NCBI GenBank assembly: GCA_007571325.1
Contig: RKRQ01000098.1
Span: 729 to 64,728, forward strand
Direction: 5' to 3'
DNA: 64,000 nucleotides
DNA from: Candidatus Dadabacteria bacterium
GTDB lineage: Bacteria > Desulfobacterota_D > UBA1144 > Nemesobacterales > Nemesobacteraceae
The stretch's first letter is position 1, and each line of letters begins with the position of its first letter. Under the pieces are notes generated by a model, which saw only the letters and a program-made list of their open reading frames with translations, had not been told where the DNA came from and did no database searches. This document shows positions 57,810 to 64,000 of the stretch, piece after piece. The translations under genes were made by a program, and so were the position numbers.

Positions 57810-59120
57810 ATGCGAGAGTTAAAAGCGGAAAAAAAAGAATTTATGAAAAATGTATCTTGGCTTGTTGTAGCAAAGTCTATTCCATCGTTCGCTAACATTG
57901 TTGAGATGATTATTCTGGCAAGAGTTTTAGGTGTTGAAATGTTTGGCCTCATGACTTTAGTAATAGCCTATGTGAGAGTTGTGAGTTCTTTAGTGGATTT
58001 TAGGGTATGGGAGTCTGTTGTGAGATATGTTGGCGAGTTTCTTGAGAAAAAGGAACTAGACAAGGCTTTGTCAATGATAAAGTTTTCCTACATCGTTGAT
58101 GCTGTAACAGGTCTGCTTGCCTTTGGAGTCTGTATCTTACTTGCAAGTGTAGCTAACGATATATTCATAAAATCTGCTGACGGCGTCAGCCTTGTTCTTA
58201 TTTTTTCCTTTACTCTTGTAGTTGCGAGCGTAAATACTACCTCGGAAGCACTTTTCAGGGTCTTTGACAAGTTCAAGGTGATAGTTTTCATCCAGTTGGC
58301 AAAATCAGTTTTTAAGCTGGGTTCTATAATTTTGGCTCTGTATCTTGGTTATGGAATAAAGGGCGTATTGGTTGCTTATGTGGCCGTTTCATTCTTTGAA
58401 TTTCTATTGACTCAAGCAGTTGTAAATTGGGTTCTTAGGGAAAAAGGTCTTCATAGCTGGTTCTCATCGAAAGTGATACTTCTCTCTAGCAGAATGAGAG
58501 AGATAACTTGGTTTTTAGTTAATACGAGTTTTAATGCCGCGTTGACAATTGCCAGCGAGGGCAGAGTAGCTGTTTTGATTCTGGGTTATTTTTTCGGAAG
58601 TGGTGCTGCAGGTCTTTACAAGATTGCAAGAGCTGTGATCAAGGTTATTTATAGAATCATAGATCCCTTGGACGAGGCTATTTTCCCGAAACTCGTTAGT
58701 TTTTCAACATCAAATCTTTACTACAGATTCGCTGAGATACTTAAATTTTCTGTAAAAAACCTACTTAAACTAATAATCCCTGTCTTGATAATAGTGTTTC
58801 TGTTCACGGAACGTTTAATAGAACTAATTTTTGGCGGTCAATACATACCGGCTTCAGATACCATGAGGGTGCTTGCCGTAGCTGTTTTGTTTACAGGTGG
58901 GGCATTCTGGCTTACGCCTATGTTACTTGCAATTGGAAAACCGGGACTGAGAACTGCAGTCAGTATATTCAAGGCACTAACCTACCTAGCTTTGTTGCTT
59001 TTGCTAATTCCAGAGCACTCATATTTTGGAGCCGGTATTGCTTATTTGATCGTTGAATTTGTACATTTTTTAGCGGCCGTTTACTTAGCACACAAGTTTC
59101 ACCGTACATATCTAGGATAA
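57810..59120 (+). CDS. polysaccharide/O-unit flippase (MOP/Wzx-like)
   Basis: 436 aa, about 12 TM helices, typical polysaccharide-biosynthesis-protein pattern. Divergent from the GT4 gene. Alternative ATG at 57843. Confidence 0.75.
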   Translation: MRELKAEKKEFMKNVSWLVVAKSIPSFANIVEMIILARVLGVEMFGLMTLVIAYVRVVSSLVDFRVWESVVRYVGEFLEKKELDKALSMIKFSYIVDAVTGLLAFGVCILLASVANDIFIKSADGVSLVLIFSFTLVVASVNTTSEALFRVFDKFKVIVFIQLAKSVFKLGSIILALYLGYGIKGVLVAYVAVSFFEFLLTQAVVNWVLREKGLHSWFSSKVILLSSRMREITWFLVNTSFNAALTIASEGRVAVLILGYFFGSGAAGLYKIARAVIKVIYRIIDPLDEAIFPKLVSFSTSNLYYRFAEILKFSVKNLLKLIIPVLIIVFLFTERLIELIFGGQYIPASDTMRVLAVAVLFTGGAFWLTPMLLAIGKPGLRTAVSIFKALTYLALLLLLIPEHSYFGAGIAYLIVEFVHFLAAVYLAHKFHRTYLG

Positions 59121-59337
59121 ATATTGAGACGGGTGCTTAATCACACCTGCCACTCGATTATTTCAAAGGCCTTCTCAGTTGTTATTTGTTAAGTACCTCT
59201 TCTCTCTTTGTCTAAATTCTTATTTTCCCTCTACGAGGAAAGCTCTGTTCTGTGAAGTATTTTACTGTATTACAAAATCTACGTTCTCCCTAGAACATAA
59301 CAACTCAACTTACATAGAGACCCATGGACTCAAGATA

Positions 59338-59370
59338 TTATTCATATCTTAGGGCTTCTATAGGATTTAG
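59338..59370 (-). pseudogene. remnant of the 3' end of an FtsX/MacB-type permease gene
   Basis: Minus strand encodes LNPIEALRYE followed by TAA. This is the near-invariant C-terminal end of this permease family; compare LNPIDALRYE in the intact plus-strand gene at 59390..60640. Family similarity stops immediately upstream of the Leu. Confidence 0.55.
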
Positions 59371-59389
59371 CTGATCAGTTACAATTAGT

Positions 59390-60640
59390 TTGATGAATCC
59401 TTTTCTATCAATTGGTATCTCTTATAGGGCGATAAAAAGTAACAAAGTTAGATCATTTCTTACCACTTTGGGAATAATCATAGGAGTTGCGGCCGTGATC
59501 TCTCTCGTTTCTATAACAGGTGGAGCGAAAAACATGATAGAGGGACAGCTCTCATTGCTTGGAGCAAACTCTCTAGTGGTTAGTAGCGGGAAAAGAACTA
59601 AGAGCGGAAAAACTGTCGTTGCCGGAGATATAAAACCACTCACGGGAAGGGATGTCGAAGCAATAGAAAGCTTAGATTCTGTAAAATACGTTTCTGCTAT
59701 ATCAAACACTACCGCAAATGTAGTTTCGGGAAATAGAAATGTATTTACAGCAATAATTGGAGTAGGAGAGGAGTTCGTCTTCATAAACGACTGGTTTCCA
59801 GAACGTGGGACATTTTTTAACAAGATTGATGTAAGGGAAACAGCCCTTGTATGTGTTCTCGGGAAAACAGTTAAGGAAAATCTGTTCGGAAGCCAGAACC
59901 CTATAGGAAAAACTGTAAGAATTGGCAAGTATACTTACAGCGTTATAGGTGTAATGTCCCCCATAGGCCCCACTCCCAGTGGAAAAGATCAAGATGATAT
60001 TGTCCTTCTGCCCTACACGTCAGTTCAGAAAAAACTTATCGGATCAAAATCACTCAATAAAATCACGATTTTCGTAGACCTAGCCTATGACCTCTGGTAC
60101 GCGAAGGCAGAAATAGAAAGAACTATCAGAAGACAACACGGAATAAAGGACGCGATAGATGATGACTTTTTCGTAAAAACCCAGCAAACGCAGATCAATA
60201 CTATAAAGAATGTTTCGAGGATTCTAACCGTGCTTTTAGGAGGCATAGCTTCAATTTCCCTAGTAGTGGGAGGAATTGGAATAATGAACATAATGCTGGT
60301 TTCTGTAGGAGAAAGGACGAGAGAGATAGGAATAAGGCTTGCAGTAGGAGCTAAAGAGAAAAATATATTGGTCCAGTTTCTCATTGAATCCATTATGCTT
60401 TCCCTTGTCGGAGGCTTGATTGGTACAGCTGTCGGTATATTGATTTCCAAATTCGCCTCGGCGATTACAGGCTGGCCAACTCAGATATCAGTACTGTCCA
60501 TATTTGTAGCCTTTGTGTTCTCGGCACTTGTCGGAATCGTCTTTGGAATATACCCAGCAAAAAAAGCTGCGAAACTCAACCCAATAGATGCATTGAGATA
60601 TGAACAAAACCGTAAATCATATAAAAAAATCTCGTTGTAA
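59390..60640 (+). CDS. ABC transporter permease, MacB/FtsX family (no ATPase domain)
   Basis: 416 aa with N-terminal TM (SFLTTLGIIIGVAAVISLV), a periplasmic MacB-type domain and a C-terminal FtsX 3-TM bundle (REIGIRLAVGA). TTG at 59390 and ATG at 59393. It carries 12 extra residues after the usual ...ALRYE end. Confidence 0.85.
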   Translation: MMNPFLSIGISYRAIKSNKVRSFLTTLGIIIGVAAVISLVSITGGAKNMIEGQLSLLGANSLVVSSGKRTKSGKTVVAGDIKPLTGRDVEAIESLDSVKYVSAISNTTANVVSGNRNVFTAIIGVGEEFVFINDWFPERGTFFNKIDVRETALVCVLGKTVKENLFGSQNPIGKTVRIGKYTYSVIGVMSPIGPTPSGKDQDDIVLLPYTSVQKKLIGSKSLNKITIFVDLAYDLWYAKAEIERTIRRQHGIKDAIDDDFFVKTQQTQINTIKNVSRILTVLLGGIASISLVVGGIGIMNIMLVSVGERTREIGIRLAVGAKEKNILVQFLIESIMLSLVGGLIGTAVGILISKFASAITGWPTQISVLSIFVAFVFSALVGIVFGIYPAKKAAKLNPIDALRYEQNRKSYKKISL

Positions 60641-60771
60641 CTCTAGACCTAATAGAAGAAGGAGCCCAGATACAACTCATTAATATTGTTAATGGCTTTC
60701 ACGAAAAAGGGTACGAAGTATCAGTATTTATGTTTTACGACAAAGGAGAGTTGAGGAGTTTCCTTAAATAA
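60625..60771 (+). pseudogene. start-less N-terminal fragment of a GT4 glycosyltransferase
   Basis: Own translation: KNLVVTLDLIEEGAQIQLINIVNGFHEKGYEVSVFMFYDKGELRSFLK*. It aligns by eye with the N-terminus of the intact GT4 at 56415..57557 (KRILFVTKNLALAGGAEKHIVDLANGLCEKGHAVAILVF). An in-frame TAA precedes it, there is no ATG/GTG/TTG, and it ends after 48 codons. Confidence 0.5.
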
Positions 60772-60775
60772 GAAA

Positions 60776-61195
60776 ATGAAAAAAATTTGTTCCGCTCTAT
60801 CTTTTTTTCTAGTATTTTCAGTTTATTCTCACGCAAAGCAGGAGGTTTATAAAACATACACAGATATTGGCAAGGTAGAAAAACCAACTTTAACTATTTC
60901 TGAAGTTATTTCTTCTGGCAAGAAATTTCACAGGAAAATGGTAACCCTTGAAGGATACATAGGAGAATTGAAATTCAAAGAAATGGCAAAGGGAAGAAAA
61001 TTTACCCTGTTTCAGTTTTTTGAAGATGACCCAGAAGAAAGAATAAGCGTTTATGCTAGAGGTTTTATAGAAGGCATTGAGAGTGGAACCAGAATAAGAA
61101 TTTGGGGGTTTTATAGTGAGAGCAAAAGGTTCTTTCTCAGAAGACGCAAGAATATTATGAAGGCGCACAAAATCCAGATTCTTAGTGACAAATAA
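60776..61195 (+). CDS. hypothetical secreted protein (139 aa)
   Basis: Signal peptide MKKICSALSFFLVFSVYSHA|KQE. The mature part looks beta-rich and possibly OB-like. No family recognised and the SD is weak. Confidence 0.5.
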   Translation: MKKICSALSFFLVFSVYSHAKQEVYKTYTDIGKVEKPTLTISEVISSGKKFHRKMVTLEGYIGELKFKEMAKGRKFTLFQFFEDDPEERISVYARGFIEGIESGTRIRIWGFYSESKRFFLRRRKNIMKAHKIQILSDK

Positions 61196-61296
61196 ATTTC
61201 GTGGTTTTTCTGCCAGCGAAATCCCTACTTAATGAAAAACCTAACTCCTTCGGCTAGCCAAGAGCTCCTCTTTTCTCTATATTCTTCTACACTTTA

Positions 61297-63210
61297 TCAG
61301 TGCCATCTCTCATACCACATTTGGAACATAAGAAGATTCCATATTCGGTCCGGTTTAATAGAAGAATCATTGTAGAATCTATCCGTCCACTTAGAAACTT
61401 CTTCTGAATCAAAAAATCCGCTTTTTTCTATTTCGTTCTTACTAAGATATTCCATGACCATAGGGCGAAGTTTTCCCCTGAGCCATGAGTCTATGGGACC
61501 AACAAATCCTGTTTTGGGGCGGTTGTAAAGGTTTTTGGGAAGATGGTTAGAAAGTACTTTCTTCAATAGATATTTACTTTCTCCGTTTTTATACTTGAGA
61601 TTTGTAGGAATTCTTGACGCAAAATCTACAACCCTATGATCAAGCAATGGTTCTCTAGCTTCAAGACCAACACTCATCGATGCCCTATCGACCTTCGTCA
61701 ATATGTTATCTGGAAGCCACACATTAAAGTCTGCATAAAGCATTTGCGTCATTAATTCTCCGCTTTCAATAGCTCCAAAATCCACACTGAATGTCTCATC
61801 ATGTGTATCAAGCGGTTTTTTTAAAAGACTCGGGAAATCTTCAGGAGCCCAAGCACTCCATTTGCTCCTGTACATATTAGCCATATCTTTTCCTAAAATG
61901 CTGAGCAAAACCGCCCGAGACTTCCCATAATTTCTGGCAAATGAAGAATAACCCAAGGTTTTTCCGATAGACTCAATTCTAGCAACGCTCAGGTTAGTCA
62001 GTGCAGTCTTCAATCCGTTTTTTATTATTTTGGGAGTTTTTCCAATCATATCTGTGGAACGTGCTAATATAGGATAGTGCTTATAACCACAGAACAACTC
62101 ATCCCCTCCATCACCCGACATTACTACTTTTACATGCTCCCGGGCCAGCCTAGACACTATGCATGTAGGTATTGATGAATCATCTCCAAAAGGCTCATCA
62201 TATATTGAGGGAAGTTCAGAGACCACATCCAGCGTTTTATCTTCCGAAACATAGAATTCTGTATGTTCCGTCCCAAGATAATCAGCCAGCTTTTTTGCCC
62301 AAATAGCCTCGTTGTATTTTTGTTCTTCAAACCCTATAGTAAAAGTCTTGATTGGCGTCGAGACATTTTTTTGAAGTAGGGTAACAAGCATGCTTGAATC
62401 TATGCCCCCGCTCAAAAAAACTCCTACTGGCACATCTGAAACTAGTCTGTGCTTAAGAGAGTCTATCATTACCTCCTCAAACATATCGCAGGCTTCTTCT
62501 TCGCAAATATTATGATGCTCTGTGTTAAAAGATTTTGTAACATCCCAGTACCTGTGTTTTTCCGTCTTTCCATTTTGTATGCATATGTAGCAACCAGGCT
62601 CAAGTTTAAAAGTATTTTCAAATATGGTGTAAGGATTTCTTATGTAATCGTATTTTAAAAAAAGAAGAAGAGCATCGGAGTTTATTCTCTTTGTGAAGCC
62701 TGGGTGACTCATTATAGCTTTCAACTCCGAGCCAAAAAGGAAAAGCTCGTTTTCCATGCAGTAGTAAAGAGGTTTTATTCCCACACGATCTCTAGCAAGA
62801 TACAATTTGTTCTTCCTTCCATCCCAGATAGCTAAAGCGAACATACCTACGAACTTGTGAAGACATTCAATACCCCATTGTTCATAAGATCTGACAAGCA
62901 CTTCAGTATCACAGTTAGTTCTAAAAAAGTGACCTTTGGAACGTAGTTCCTCGCGAATTTCCCTATAGTTGTATATTTCTCCGTTGTAACTCACCTGTAT
63001 TTTATTGTCATCGCTCGCCATGGGTTGGCGTCCTTTTGCAGACAGATCTAGGATCGAGAGCCTTGTGTGTCCCAGACCTACTTCTCCGTTTTGGCTCACG
63101 TAAGTACCAGAATCATCTGGACCCCTATGAGAAAGAGTATTGGTCATGGCCATAAGAACCGACGGGTCAACGGACTTAGTTGTACTGTAAATTCCTGTTA
63201 TACCACACAT
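61297..63210 (-). CDS. asnB: asparagine synthase (glutamine-hydrolysing), polysaccharide-locus type amidotransferase
   Basis: 637 aa with N-terminal MCGITGIY (Cys2 Ntn-GATase) and the PP-loop FLSGGIDSS. Confidence 0.9.
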   Translation of the reverse strand: MCGITGIYSTTKSVDPSVLMAMTNTLSHRGPDDSGTYVSQNGEVGLGHTRLSILDLSAKGRQPMASDDNKIQVSYNGEIYNYREIREELRSKGHFFRTNCDTEVLVRSYEQWGIECLHKFVGMFALAIWDGRKNKLYLARDRVGIKPLYYCMENELFLFGSELKAIMSHPGFTKRINSDALLLFLKYDYIRNPYTIFENTFKLEPGCYICIQNGKTEKHRYWDVTKSFNTEHHNICEEEACDMFEEVMIDSLKHRLVSDVPVGVFLSGGIDSSMLVTLLQKNVSTPIKTFTIGFEEQKYNEAIWAKKLADYLGTEHTEFYVSEDKTLDVVSELPSIYDEPFGDDSSIPTCIVSRLAREHVKVVMSGDGGDELFCGYKHYPILARSTDMIGKTPKIIKNGLKTALTNLSVARIESIGKTLGYSSFARNYGKSRAVLLSILGKDMANMYRSKWSAWAPEDFPSLLKKPLDTHDETFSVDFGAIESGELMTQMLYADFNVWLPDNILTKVDRASMSVGLEAREPLLDHRVVDFASRIPTNLKYKNGESKYLLKKVLSNHLPKNLYNRPKTGFVGPIDSWLRGKLRPMVMEYLSKNEIEKSGFFDSEEVSKWTDRFYNDSSIKPDRIWNLLMFQMWYERWH

Positions 63211-63440
63211 ATCATTTCTAGCTAAATAGCTATGGAACTGTCTGCATCATAAATAAATAGGCATATAATACATAAAACACAACTGAAAGAATAATGACCC
63301 GATTACTTGAATGCATTGTTTCTCATTTCTAAAAATCAATTATTGAGCGGAAAAAGATATAGAGGTGGGCCCCAAAAACCAGACAGCGTCTTAAGTGTAT
63401 TTCCGTAATAGAATATAGAATCAAAAACAGGAGGTTCATT

Positions 63441-64000
63441 ATGAGACGAAAAAGACGTAATCATTCAGCTAGGTTCAAAGCCAAGGTAGCTCTGGCGGCA
63501 ATAAAGATGAGGATAAAAAGTTGTTGAACTTGCCAGGCAGTTTAGCGTACATCCAAACCAGATTACAGAGTGGAAGAAGCGATTGTTGGACAATGCGGAA
63601 ACCGTCTACTAAAGTTCCCGAGACAGTAAAGGGGAACGGCAGGCCAACACCAGGAAACTGCATGCTAAGATAGGTCAACTGACCCTTGAGATAGATTTTT
63701 ATCCAAAGTGCTCGGTCGCTAGAACCACAATCATGATCTAAGCGTTGTGATACAGTGAGAGGCTGCTTGACGTAAGCCGTTGCGGGGTCTACTATCGCAA
63801 AAAGCAACTGTCTGAAGAGAATGAGGAACTTATGAGGATTATTGACAAGATATATCTTGAGTATCCGTTTAAGGGTTCACGGAGGTTGCGTGATGATGTC
63901 AGGGCGAGGCATGGGATCCGTGTTAACCGCAAGCGTATCATCAGGTTAATGAGATTGTCTGGTATCACAGCCCTTAGAATTACTACTCTCAAAATTTACA
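63441..64000 (+). mobile_element. degraded IS3-family transposase gene (orfA plus the start of orfB), truncated by the window end
   Basis: AGGAGG then ATG: MRRKRRNHSARFKAKVALAAIK... The expected continuation (D)EDKK / VVELARQFSVHPNQITEWKKRLLDNAETVY appears only after two 1-nt shifts in A-runs. In-frame TAA/TGA stops follow, before KLHAKIGQLTLEIDF and LLDVSRCGVYY...LMRIIDKIYLEYPFKGSRRLRD. Confidence 0.8.

Noticed and set aside
63475-63992. Minus-strand ORFs 63475..63807 and 63792..63992.
   Set aside because: They are antisense to clearly recognisable IS3-family transposase coding remnants on the plus strand.
1-64000. Scanned the intergenic regions for tRNA/rRNA/tmRNA/RNase P/SRP hallmarks (GGTTCGAATCC-type T-arms, GAGGAAAGTCC, SRP GGAA tetraloop context) and for CRISPR-like direct repeats.
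   Set aside because: None found by eye. The only GGTTCGAA occurrence (about 13536) lies inside mltA without tRNA context. A covariance-model scan would be needed to be definitive.

Overview
This is a densely packed 64-kb stretch of a bacterial chromosome, moderately AT-rich by eye. I cannot assign a lineage without a database search. I support about 57 protein-coding genes, nearly all housekeeping: trpE-trpG, a phosphohexomutase, thiD, pheT-ihfA, tilS, a ROK glucokinase, mltA, cofD, smc, secA, PCD/folK/folD, an acyl-CoA dehydrogenase, ogt, aguA-aguB, a heterodimeric ABC exporter, an aquaporin, amt, miaB, uvrC, argB-argD-argF and xerC-hslV-hslU. I saw no rRNA, tRNA or CRISPR array. The most interesting locus is a complete four-gene Anbu-type cassette at 49129-53199: circularly permuted ATP-grasp, alpha-E, proteasome-like Anbu peptidase and transglutaminase. 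It sits directly downstream of hslVU on the same strand. This gene set is known from comparative genomics, but as far as I know it has no demonstrated substrate or function. Its alpha-E gene appears to start at a non-canonical ATT codon behind a perfect Shine-Dalgarno. Other notable points:
- An ABC exporter pair has complementary degenerate motifs, and one subunit carries a ~120-residue loop insertion.
- A membrane-anchored peptide has a quasi-symmetric 8-Cys pattern.
- The right-hand end (about 56.4-64 kb) looks like an AT-richer surface-polysaccharide region that is decaying. It holds gene remnants (an FtsX C-terminus on the wrong strand, a start-less GT4 N-terminus), an orphan MacB-type permease and a degraded IS3-family transposase.

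All calls come from reading the supplied translations and the sequence by eye. No searches or computations were run, and start codons are the least certain part.
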